NCBI GenBank assembly: GCA_043819135.1 | Contig: JBDRFG010000093.1 | Location: forward strand, 1-10,376 | DNA: 10,376 nucleotides | Origin: Candidatus Eiseniibacteriota bacterium | Lineage (GTDB): Bacteria > Joyebacterota > Joyebacteria > Joyebacterales > Joyebacteraceae | Direction of reading: 5' to 3' | Shown: positions 1-6,680 of the stretch, in pieces | Position numbering within the stretch: position 1 is the stretch's first letter | Layout: every line of letters begins with the position of its first letter | The notes under the pieces: model-generated | Databases searched by the model: none | What the model was told of the DNA's origin: nothing | Seen by the model: the letters and a program-made list of their open reading frames with translations, nothing else | Translations under genes and position numbers: made by a program

Positions 1-30
1 CCGGCGTCCTAACCGCTGGACGATGGCGCC
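1..30 (-). tRNA. tRNA, 5' part only (truncated by window edge), probably tRNA-Glu
   Basis: Reverse complement reads GGCGCCA-TC-GTCC-AGCGGTTA-GGAC-G-CCGG: acceptor strand, D-arm (GTCC/GGAC) and start of the anticodon stem, resembling bacterial tRNA-Glu. It lies 9 nt downstream of tRNA-Gln. The anticodon is outside the window, so the identity is inferred. Confidence 0.75.
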
Positions 31-39
31 ATCCATTCG

Positions 40-113
40 TGGTTGGGGAGGGAGGATTCGAACCCCCGCCGGCGGAGCCAGAGTCCGCTGTCCTACCACT
101 AGACGACTCCCCA
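40..113 (-). tRNA. tRNA-Gln (anticodon CTG)
   Basis: Reverse complement TGGGGAGTCGTCTAGTGGTAGGACAGCGGACTCTGGCTCCGCCGGCGGGGGTTCGAATCCTCCCTCCCCAACCA (74 nt). Acceptor stem TGGGGAG/CTCCCCA, anticodon arm GCGGA-CTCTGGC-TCCGC, T-loop TTCGAAT, encoded CCA. Confidence 0.96.
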
Positions 114-120
114 GATCGTT

Positions 121-1578
121 CTAGCCCGCCAGCTCGCCCGCTCGATCAATGCGTGCGAGGGAAGCATCTCGTCCGAGAAGCGACAGCGTCTCGAAGATCC
201 CGGGGCTTGCAGTGCTGCCCGTCAGGGCGACCCTCAGAGGTTGCACGACCTTGCCCAGCAAGAGTCCCGCCTCTTCCGCGAACTCCCTCATGGCCGCTTC
301 GAGCGTCTCCGGCCGAAAGTCCGGGCAACCCGAGAGAACCCTGTGAAGCCCGACGAGGATTTCGCCCGCGCCGGGCTTGGCCAGCACCTTACTCACCGCA
401 ATCTTATCATAGATCACGTCCGGCGCAAGAAAGAATCCCGCCAGCTCCGTGATGTCCGTCAGGACCTTGAGGCGGTCGTCGATGAGTTCCACGATCTGCT
501 CGAGGTGCGACCTCTCCTCGGGCGTCATCTTTTCGGGCACCAGCCCTTCATCCCGAAGGAACGGGATGACCCGGTCCGTCCGCTCCGGGACGTCCAGTCT
601 CTTGAGCCATTGCGTGTTCATCCAGTCAAGCTTGCCCGGGTCGAACGACGCCGGCTTTCTGCTGACGCGGCTCATGTCGAAGTTCTGGAGAAGATCGTCG
701 AGAGAGAAGAACTCCTGGTCGCCCTCGTAGGACCATCCCAGGAGCGCCATGTAGTTGACGACCGCTTCCTGGAGGTAGCCACGCCGTCTGTATTCACCCA
801 CGGCCACGGCTCCGCGTCGCTTCGACATGACCTGCTTGTCCGGCGCCAGCACCAGGGGCTGATGGCCGAACGTCGGGGGGGCGTGGCCGAGCGCCTCCCA
901 TATCACGATCTGCCTCGGCGTGTTGGAGATATGGTCGGCGCCTCGGATAACGTGCGTGATCGCCATCTCTATGTCGTCCACCACTACGGCGAAGTTGTAG
1001 GTCGGCGTGCCGTCTTGGCGGATTATGACGAGATCGTCAAGCTCCGCGTTGTCGAACTCGATCCTCCCGAGCACCATGTCTTCGAACGCGGTCTTGCCCT
1101 CGGGCACGCGGAAGCGGACCACCGACGGTTGCCCCTCGGCGAGCAGCGCGTCCCGCTCGCCCTCCGGCAGCCCGAGACACTTGCGGTCGTATATCCACCC
1201 ACCATCGGTCGCCTGCGCGCGGCTTCGCCTTTCCTCAAGCTCTTCCGGAGAACAGAAGCAGCGGTAGGCGTGCCCGGCCTCGAGGAGCTTCTCCACGTGC
1301 GGCGCGTAGCTGTCCGTGCGCTCCGACTGAAGGTACGGTCCGAAGTCGCCTCCACACTCGGGGCCCTCGTCCCAGTCCAGTCCCAGCCAGCGAAGGTCCT
1401 CGAGGATGGCGTTCAGGTACTCGGACGTGGAGCGTGCCATGTCGGTGTCCTCGATCCTCAGGACGAACGAGCCGCCCCCGTGGCGCGCGAACAGCCAGTT
1501 AAGAAGGGCCGTGCGGGATCCTCCCATATGGAGAAAGCCGGTCGGGCTCGGCGCAAAACGCACTCTGACAGTACTCAT
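121..1578 (-). CDS. gltX: glutamate--tRNA ligase (GluRS)
   Basis: 485 aa. VRVRFAPSPTGFLHMGG (HIGH motif), LRIEDTD, YRCFC...YDRKC Zn-binding region, ITHVIRGADH, VMSKR (KMSKS equivalent), PLRVALTG...SPGIFE anticodon-binding domain. Directly upstream of the two tRNAs. Confidence 0.98.
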   Translation of the reverse strand: MSTVRVRFAPSPTGFLHMGGSRTALLNWLFARHGGGSFVLRIEDTDMARSTSEYLNAILEDLRWLGLDWDEGPECGGDFGPYLQSERTDSYAPHVEKLLEAGHAYRCFCSPEELEERRSRAQATDGGWIYDRKCLGLPEGERDALLAEGQPSVVRFRVPEGKTAFEDMVLGRIEFDNAELDDLVIIRQDGTPTYNFAVVVDDIEMAITHVIRGADHISNTPRQIVIWEALGHAPPTFGHQPLVLAPDKQVMSKRRGAVAVGEYRRRGYLQEAVVNYMALLGWSYEGDQEFFSLDDLLQNFDMSRVSRKPASFDPGKLDWMNTQWLKRLDVPERTDRVIPFLRDEGLVPEKMTPEERSHLEQIVELIDDRLKVLTDITELAGFFLAPDVIYDKIAVSKVLAKPGAGEILVGLHRVLSGCPDFRPETLEAAMREFAEEAGLLLGKVVQPLRVALTGSTASPGIFETLSLLGRDASLARIDRAGELAG

Positions 1579-1630
1579 ATGTCACCCCTACGAAAAAGGC
1601 CTCTTCGCCGAGGCCGTATACACTCTGCTG

Positions 1631-1660
1631 ACTATACCAGCCTCCTTGCGGGACTGTCAA
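1631..1660 (-). promoter_or_regulatory. sigma70-type promoter for the gltX-tRNA unit
   Basis: Minus-strand TTGACA (1660-1655), 18-nt spacer ending in TGG (extended -10), TATAGT (1636-1631). Confidence 0.65.
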
Positions 1661-1682
1661 GAACGGCAGGTCGGCGGCGCAC

Positions 1683-1712
1683 TTGACAGTCGTCGGAGGG
1701 CCGCGCTAATGT
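1683..1712 (+). promoter_or_regulatory. sigma70-type promoter, divergent from the gltX promoter
   Basis: TTGACA (1683-1688), 18 nt, TAATGT (1707-1712). Confidence 0.5.
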
Positions 1713-1755
1713 CGTGAGGGTGGCGGGGAGCCTTCGCCCCACGGGATTCAGCGAG

Positions 1756-2277
1756 ATGACAGACCATTTCACACCAATGCTGCGGCTCAGGAAAGGCGCG
1801 CTGATCGCGCTCGCGTGGCTTGCGGCGTTCGCCGTCGCGATGGCGTACATGGAGGCAGCGGTCGTCGCTTACCTTCGGTTGCTCTACTACCCCGACGGGT
1901 TCGTCATCGAGAGCGCAGCCTCTCTCGAGCCTGTGCCTCCGGCCGTTCTTGCAATCGAGATAGGGCGCGAGGTTGCGACCATCGTCATGCTCGCAGCCGT
2001 TGCCCTTCTGAGTGCCGGGAAGAACTGGTGGGAGCGTCTGGCTCACTTCATGTGGGCGTTCGCGCTCTGGGATATCTTCTACTACGTCTGGCTCTACGTG
2101 TTGCTCAGGTGGCCTTCCGGCGCGACGACCATCGACGTGCTGTTCTTGATTCCCGTGCCCTGGATCGCACCCGTGTTCGTGCCCATTGTCGTTTCCCTCT
2201 TGATGATAGGGGCGGCTCTCGCCATTCTCAGGGGGATATGGGTGCGTGGCGCCACGGGCCATCGCATGTGCACTTGA
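1756..2277 (+). CDS. uncharacterised integral membrane protein (about 4 TM segments)
   Basis: Hydrophobic segments with motifs MAYMEAAVVAYLR, EIGREVATIVML, WDIFYYVWL, DVLFLIPVPW. The start is uncertain (GTG 1714, ATG 1756 or ATG 1777). 1714 is disfavoured because it is only 1 nt past the predicted -10 box. Confidence 0.8.
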   Translation: MTDHFTPMLRLRKGALIALAWLAAFAVAMAYMEAAVVAYLRLLYYPDGFVIESAASLEPVPPAVLAIEIGREVATIVMLAAVALLSAGKNWWERLAHFMWAFALWDIFYYVWLYVLLRWPSGATTIDVLFLIPVPWIAPVFVPIVVSLLMIGAALAILRGIWVRGATGHRMCT

Positions 2278-2303
2278 CACGGTACGCAGGACGGGACTAG
2301 GCT
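2274..2303 (+). promoter_or_regulatory. sigma70-type promoter for the DUF2914-like gene
   Basis: TTGACA (2274-2279, overlapping the upstream stop codon), 18 nt, TAGGCT (2298-2303). Confidence 0.45.
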
Positions 2304-2404
2304 GTGTTTGAGAGGGACGTAGAAGGTCAACAGGGGGCGCGCACAACCGCGCGCGGCTCGAGGGGCGAGGCCGGTTCTTCCGGCGCTCGCGTGAGAGGTG
2401 TTCG

Positions 2405-3052
2405 ATGACTCACCGCTTGCTGGCCGTGATCGTGGTCGCTTGCCTGCTGGGAGCCTGCTCCTGCGGCGACGGCGCCGCGGACGGCAGTCCACCCGAGCAG
2501 TCGCAGGCCACCGAATTGGGAGAATCGCCCGTTCCAGAGGACGGTGGTGTACCCGAGTCCTCAACGGACTCCGCGGACAGCCTGAGCGCAGCCGACGAAC
2601 TTGCTGGGGGGTCCGCTGCCGTCGACGAGCCGCAGCAGGATCCCGCCGACTCCAAGACGCGACCGAATGACGAATCCGCATCTGAGATCGAATCCCCGCC
2701 GCCTGTGTCTGCCGCATCCTCCAGCGGGCTTCGCGTGCTTCGCGCCTACGTCTGCAAGGGCATCGAGCAGGGGGAGCCGACCGAAGCGGGGAAGAGCTTC
2801 GTGCCGCAGGACGGAGTCCTGAGGCTCTGCTGCTTCAGTGAGATAGCAGGAGCGGCCGGGCCAGACTCGGTCTTCCACATCTGGCGGTGGGGCGACCGCG
2901 AGATGGCTCGCGTGCCCCTCGAGGTCAAGAGCTCGCGCTGGAGGACCTGGAGCACGAAGCGCATCCTCGACGAGTGGCGCGGCGAGTGGCACGTGGACGT
3001 CACGGACCGTGAGGGTGGCGTTCTCACCAGTCTGGAGTTCTCGGTCGAGTAG
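2405..3052 (+). CDS. DUF2914-like domain lipoprotein
   Basis: RBS GAGAGGTG, signal peptide with lipobox (LLGAC), long acidic Pro/Ser-rich linker, C-terminal beta domain with HIW...RWRTWSTKRI...GEWHVDV...G..L..LEF recognised as DUF2914-like. Confidence 0.8.
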   Translation: MTHRLLAVIVVACLLGACSCGDGAADGSPPEQSQATELGESPVPEDGGVPESSTDSADSLSAADELAGGSAAVDEPQQDPADSKTRPNDESASEIESPPPVSAASSSGLRVLRAYVCKGIEQGEPTEAGKSFVPQDGVLRLCCFSEIAGAAGPDSVFHIWRWGDREMARVPLEVKSSRWRTWSTKRILDEWRGEWHVDVTDREGGVLTSLEFSVE

Positions 3053-3099
3053 CAGTGGGCACGACGTCCGGATTCCACCACCCACACCTCAGAAATCGC

Positions 3100-3130
3100 T
3101 TGACACACCCCAACATTCGAACTATATAAT
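3100..3130 (+). promoter_or_regulatory. sigma70-type promoter of the arsR-trxA-tlpA operon
   Basis: TTGACA (3100-3105) with TATATAAT (3123-3130). Spacer is 17 nt to TATATA or 19 nt to TATAAT. AT-rich island in GC-rich DNA. Confidence 0.65.
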
Positions 3131-3148
3131 ATTATCAAGTTTGAATAT
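3126..3148 (+). promoter_or_regulatory. candidate ArsR-family operator
   Basis: Palindrome ATAATATTAT (3126-3135) and imperfect inverted repeat ATATTATCAA-GT-TTGAATAT overlapping the -10/start region, directly upstream of an ArsR gene. The family commonly autoregulates. Confidence 0.45.
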
Positions 3149-3180
3149 GCTCATGCACAGGGCCTCAGGGGGCCGTACGG

Positions 3181-3534
3181 ATGACCGATACGGGTCACGA
3201 CATACAGAGTGGCAGCGAAGATGGGGCTCCGCCCGAGGCGTTCGAGAAGGCGGCAGACCTGCTGCGCGCGCTGTCTCATCCCGTCCGGCTCAAGATGATC
3301 GAGCTTCTGGGCGGCGGAGAGCTGTGCGTCAAGAGCCTTGAGGAGATCCTCGGGATCTCGCAGTCCTCCGTGTCACAGCATCTGACGCGCCTGAGATACG
3401 CGGGACTGATCGAGTCCGAGCGCAGGGGGCATCTCGTCTGCTATCGTCTGGTCAAGGGCGGAGCTGCGAGGATACTCGAAGCGGCAATGGACGAGTCACA
3501 ACCGAAGGACCGAGAGGAGAGAGGACTGAGATGA
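3181..3534 (+). CDS. ArsR/SmtB family transcriptional regulator
   Basis: LLRALSHPVRLKMIELL, ELCV, SQSSVSQHLTRLRYAGLI, RRGHLVCYRL winged HTH. Stop overlaps the trxA start (ATGA). Confidence 0.93.
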   Translation: MTDTGHDIQSGSEDGAPPEAFEKAADLLRALSHPVRLKMIELLGGGELCVKSLEEILGISQSSVSQHLTRLRYAGLIESERRGHLVCYRLVKGGAARILEAAMDESQPKDREERGLR

Positions 3535-3854
3535 GCAAGACAGTGGCGGGAACCGACGCGAATTTCGAAGCTGAGGTCCTGAAGTCGAACGTGCTGGTGC
3601 TGGTGGATTTCTGGGCGCCGTGGTGCGGGCCTTGCCGTCTGGTGGGTCCGATCCTCGAAGAGCTTGCGGACGAGAACACCGGCAAGCTCAAGGTCGTGAA
3701 GGTGAACGTTGACGAGAACTCCGCGCTGTCACAGCGTTACGAGATCAAGGGCATTCCCACGATGATGTTTTTCAAGGGTGGCGAGCAGGTAGACATGACG
3801 GTTGGGGCCGCCATGAAGGATCGCATTCAGGAGAAGATAGACAATCTACTGTAG
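3531..3854 (+). CDS. trxA: thioredoxin
   Basis: 107 aa, VLVDFWAPWCGPC, KVNVDEN, GIPT cis-Pro loop, no signal peptide. RBS GAGAGGA. Confidence 0.97.
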   Translation: MSKTVAGTDANFEAEVLKSNVLVLVDFWAPWCGPCRLVGPILEELADENTGKLKVVKVNVDENSALSQRYEIKGIPTMMFFKGGEQVDMTVGAAMKDRIQEKIDNLL

Positions 3855-3875
3855 TCGGGCACGGAGGTAGCGAGC

Positions 3876-4487
3876 ATGATCAGGACTCTGAAGGTCGCGG
3901 CACTCCTGTCTTCGGTAGTGGTTCTCTCCGTCGCTTTCGCCGGGTGCGGTGCGGAGGAGGAGGTCGAGGAGCCGTCAGGTGGGGCCGAGGCGACCACCGA
4001 GGAGACCGGAACCATGCCTGCCCAGCAGGCTTCCAGCGTAGGCATCGAGCCCGGGCAGACACCGCCCGCGTTTGTGCTTCCCGATCTGGACGGGAACGAC
4101 GTTTCTCTCTCCGATTTCGAGGGCAAGGTAATCGTCCTCGACCTGTGGGCGACCTGGTGTCCGCCGTGCAGGAAGGAGATCCCGTTCCTGGTGTCGCTGT
4201 ACGAGGAGTACAAGGACCAGGGACTCGCCGTGGTCGGCGTGGGTCTGGACCAGGGCGGCGCGTCAGTTATCGCGCCGTTCGTCGAGGCCAACAGCGTGAC
4301 CTACACGATCCTTGTCGGGGACCAGGCTATCAGCCAGCAGTACAAGGTGAGCGGCATTCCCATGACTCTGATGATCGACAGAGACGGTCGCGTGGCCTCC
4401 AAGGACGTGGGCTTCGCGCCCACGATGGAGGCGGAAATGCGCGCCCGCGTCGAGGAGCTTCTGAGTCGCCAGGCGACCGAAGCGTAG
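3876..4487 (+). CDS. TlpA/ResA-like thiol-disulfide reductase, lipoprotein
   Basis: RBS GGAGG, lipobox FAGC, acidic linker, PAFVLPDLDG, DLWATWCPPCRKEIP, GIPMTLMIDRDG. Confidence 0.92.
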   Translation: MIRTLKVAALLSSVVVLSVAFAGCGAEEEVEEPSGGAEATTEETGTMPAQQASSVGIEPGQTPPAFVLPDLDGNDVSLSDFEGKVIVLDLWATWCPPCRKEIPFLVSLYEEYKDQGLAVVGVGLDQGGASVIAPFVEANSVTYTILVGDQAISQQYKVSGIPMTLMIDRDGRVASKDVGFAPTMEAEMRARVEELLSRQATEA

Positions 4488-4527
4488 GCGAGCCCGAGCG
4501 TTGGGGCGTCGCGGCGAGGTGACGAGA

Positions 4528-4695
4528 GTGAAGTGGAGCGAGCTGGCACTGCCCGTTGTCTTCGTAGGCCTGTGGCTTCTGCTGCAGCTGGTGGTGCTTC
4601 CCAGACTTGGAGTGTCGACGTGACTCAAGTCATCCTGCGGGCCCGCGGAGCGGGTCGAGGAATCGTCGGGTCACGACGACGATAGCGAGCAGTGA
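4528..4695 (+). CDS. putative small single-TM selenoprotein (55 aa, U32, U-x4-C); not in the ORF track
   Basis: RBS GAGGTGA (4516-4522) and GTG 4528. Translation MKWSELALPVVFVGLWLLLQLVVLPRLGVST-[TGA 4621]-LKSSCGPAERVEESSGHDDDSEQ*. A hairpin follows the TGA, and the read-through stop (4693-4695) overlaps the next ATG as TGATG. Without recoding it is a 31-aa TM peptide ending at 4623. Confidence 0.7.
4633..4661 (+). promoter_or_regulatory. candidate bacterial SECIS element for TGA 4621
   Basis: Upper stem GGCCCGC (4640-4646)/GCGGGUC (4650-4656) closing a GGA loop 23 nt after the UGA. Lower stem UCCU (4633-4636)/AGGA (4658-4661). Confidence 0.55.
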
Positions 4696-5087
4696 TGGAG
4701 CGCCCACTCATCGTTGTAAGGAAGTCGGAGTTCGTGCTCGAGCTCAGCACGTCCCACGGGACGCGTGTCTTCCCGGTGGGCATAGGCTCCAATCCGGACG
4801 GCGCAGACAAGGCGAGAGAGGGCGACTGCAGAACCCCCGAGGGTGAGTTCCGGGTGGTGTCCATCGAGAATTCGAGCGATTGGAAACACGAAGGGGAGCG
4901 GGTCTATGGCCCGCTCTTCCTGCGTCTGGACTGCCCGCCGTGGGAGGGGATCGGCATACATGGCACGAACGAGCCGGAGCTGGTCGGGACGAGATCCAGC
5001 CGCGGATGCATCCGCCTGAGGAACGACGATCTCCTGGCGGTGGCCGACGAGGTGACCGTCGGCACGCGGGTCAGTATCATTCCCTGA
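4695..5087 (+). CDS. L,D-transpeptidase catalytic domain protein (YkuD family)
   Basis: FPVGIG, DKAREGDCRTPEGEF, GIHGTNEPELVGTRSSRGCIRL (catalytic His and Cys), VGTRVSI. Start is ATG 4695 or GTG 4692. No signal peptide. Confidence 0.9.
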   Translation: MERPLIVVRKSEFVLELSTSHGTRVFPVGIGSNPDGADKAREGDCRTPEGEFRVVSIENSSDWKHEGERVYGPLFLRLDCPPWEGIGIHGTNEPELVGTRSSRGCIRLRNDDLLAVADEVTVGTRVSIIP

Positions 5088-5101
5088 GTGGTGGCGAAGA
5101 A

Positions 5102-5124
5102 CCTCGAAGTGGCTGTCTTCGAGG
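5102..5124 (+). terminator. hairpin after the L,D-transpeptidase, possible terminator
   Basis: CCTCGAAG-7 nt-CTTCGAGG perfect 8-bp stem 14 nt after the stop codon. No clear U-tract. Confidence 0.35.
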
Positions 5125-5136
5125 GCGGGAATCTTG

Positions 5137-5165
5137 TTGACACATCCGAGACTCGAGAGTAGGTT
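5137..5165 (+). promoter_or_regulatory. sigma70-type promoter of the deoxynucleoside kinase gene
   Basis: TTGACA (5137-5142), 17 nt, TAGGTT (5160-5165). Confidence 0.55.
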
Positions 5166-5228
5166 CGGCCTGCCTATGGCGGGCGTCTCTCCCGCCGGTA
5201 TCTCATCACAGATTCTCGGGAGCGTCCT

Positions 5229-5903
5229 ATGCGACCCGGAAAGTTCGTGGCCATCGCCGGAAACATCGGTGTGGGCAAGACCCATCTCACCACGCTCCTC
5301 GCGAACCACCTGGGGTGGCGCGCGTACTACGAGCCGGTCATCGACAACCCTTACATCGATGACTTCTACGGTGACATGGACCGCTGGTCGTTCCACCTGC
5401 AGGTCTTCTTTCTCTCGAAGCGTTTCGAGATCCACAGAGAGATGGTGAATTCAGAGGAACCGTGCATTCAGGACAGGACCATATACGAGGACAAGGAGAT
5501 ATTCGCTCACACTCTCCACAGCCAAGGGTTCATGTCGGACCGGGACTACGAGAACTACACGGACCTGTTCGACGCGATGACGAGCTTCCTGCGTACTCCG
5601 GATCTTGTGGTCTATCTGCGTGCAGGCGTGGACACGCTGCAGGAGCGCATCAGATGCCGTGGGCGCGACTGCGAGCGAGAGATATCGAGCGAGTACCTCC
5701 GGGCGCTGAACCGCGCTTACGAAGACTGGTGTGCGCGAGCGGCCCGCATGACGGAAGTGCTGACCATAGACACTGAGGGCCTCGATCTGGTACAGGACGA
5801 GGCGGCAGTGGAGCGCGTCCTCATGAAGGTGGTGGGGCGCCTCGGGCCGGCCGCCCGGGAAGAACAGCTGGTCGGAGTCGGCTTGGAGCTCGCGAGCATA
5901 TAG
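5229..5903 (+). CDS. deoxynucleoside kinase (dCK/dGK/dAK family)
   Basis: IAGNIGVGKT P-loop, YEPVIDNPY..DFY, LQVFFL..RF, QDRTIYED, PDLVVYL, RI..RGR..E lid. RBS GGGAG. Confidence 0.95.
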   Translation: MRPGKFVAIAGNIGVGKTHLTTLLANHLGWRAYYEPVIDNPYIDDFYGDMDRWSFHLQVFFLSKRFEIHREMVNSEEPCIQDRTIYEDKEIFAHTLHSQGFMSDRDYENYTDLFDAMTSFLRTPDLVVYLRAGVDTLQERIRCRGRDCEREISSEYLRALNRAYEDWCARAARMTEVLTIDTEGLDLVQDEAAVERVLMKVVGRLGPAAREEQLVGVGLELASI

Positions 5904-5985
5904 CGTCCATTGCGGGGCCGGCGTTCCCACGCAACACCCACCGGAGCTCTGTACACCCCCGATCGCACGTGAGCCGAATGAGTGC

Positions 5986-6055
5986 CGCGCCCGAGCGTCG
6001 AAGCTCGGGGCGACTGTATTCGTGTATCCGGAGCAGCCTTAAGTGCGCTCCGGGT
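5986..6055. other. two GC-rich intergenic hairpins
   Basis: CCCGAGC-GTCGAA-GCTCGGG (5990-6009, extendable) and CCGGAGC-N12-GCTCCGG (about 6028-6053). May act in termination or mRNA stability. No U-tract. Confidence 0.3.
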
Positions 6056-6061
6056 GAATTC

Positions 6062-6090
6062 TTGACCTATGGTCTATGTGATGGTATAAT
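6062..6090 (+). promoter_or_regulatory. strong sigma70-type promoter of the tlpA-barrel-Omp28 operon
   Basis: TTGACC (6062-6067), 17-nt spacer ending in TGG (extended -10), perfect TATAAT (6085-6090). RBS GGAGG before ATG 6117. Confidence 0.8.
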
Positions 6091-6116
6091 AAGGTAGCAA
6101 TGAGAATGGAGGGCCC

Positions 6117-6680
6117 ATGACTGACAGGAGACTGGCGGGGCTGGCAATTGCGCTGGCCGCGCTCTTCGTGTTAACGGGGACAGGCATGTCCGCGGGCGCC
6201 GACAAGAAGGCGCCCGAATTCACCCTTCCAAATCTCGATGGTGACGACGTCACGTTATCTGAGCTGCTCGAGGACGGACCGGTGATCGTGGATTTCTGGG
6301 CGACGTGGTGCAAGCCGTGCATCAAGGCGTTCCCGGACTTGCAGGAGATCTTTGACAACTACAAGAACTGCGGACTCAAGGTAGTGGCCATCTCGATCGA
6401 TGGGCCGAAGTCGATGTCGCGCGTCGGTTCCCTGATCAAGTCGAAGGGGAACACCTTCGAGGTGCTTCTCGACCCGAGCCAGAAGATTGCGAGGCAGTTC
6501 CACGTGACGTCGGTCCCCAGGACGGTCCTGGTGCGGACGGACGGGACCATCGCGTACGCGGTGACAGGTTACCGTCCGCAGAATCACGAGGAACTGGGAG
6601 CCGCCGTGGCCAGGCTTCTACCGGAGGGCTGTCCTGAGGACGAAGAGACCGAGAAGAGCGAGGAGAAGACCGGTGAGTAG
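6117..6680 (+). CDS. TlpA-family disulfide reductase / redoxin, exported
   Basis: Signal peptide, APEFTLPNLDG, VDFWATWCKPC, VVAISID, VPRTVLV, and two additional Cys. Its end overlaps the next gene's GTG start. Confidence 0.92.
   Translation: MTDRRLAGLAIALAALFVLTGTGMSAGADKKAPEFTLPNLDGDDVTLSELLEDGPVIVDFWATWCKPCIKAFPDLQEIFDNYKNCGLKVVAISIDGPKSMSRVGSLIKSKGNTFEVLLDPSQKIARQFHVTSVPRTVLVRTDGTIAYAVTGYRPQNHEELGAAVARLLPEGCPEDEETEKSEEKTGE

Noticed and set aside
39..452. 137-aa ORF beginning MVGEGGFEPP
   Set aside because: This is the reverse-complement translation of tRNA-Gln plus the end of gltX.
241..1686. 481-aa plus-strand ORF
   Set aside because: Antisense shadow of gltX with no recognisable motifs. 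Long shadow ORFs are expected in GC-rich DNA.
2275..2322. Possible Sec read-through of the membrane protein's TGA (..MCT-TGA)
   Set aside because: It lies in a low-information tail, has no convincing downstream hairpin and gives only a short extension. The TGA is part of a TTGACA -35 box.
5085..5162. TGA of the L,D-transpeptidase followed by a hairpin, as a possible third SECIS
   Set aside because: The YkuD domain ends naturally at GTRVSIIP, there is no Cys-equivalent position, and the extension would run through the next promoter. The hairpin is better explained as a terminator or stability element.
5904..6060. Possible ncRNA in the intergenic region after the kinase
   Set aside because: Only generic GC-rich hairpins are visible. 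I recognise no tRNA-Sec, SRP, 6S or riboswitch signature. An Rfam search would settle it.
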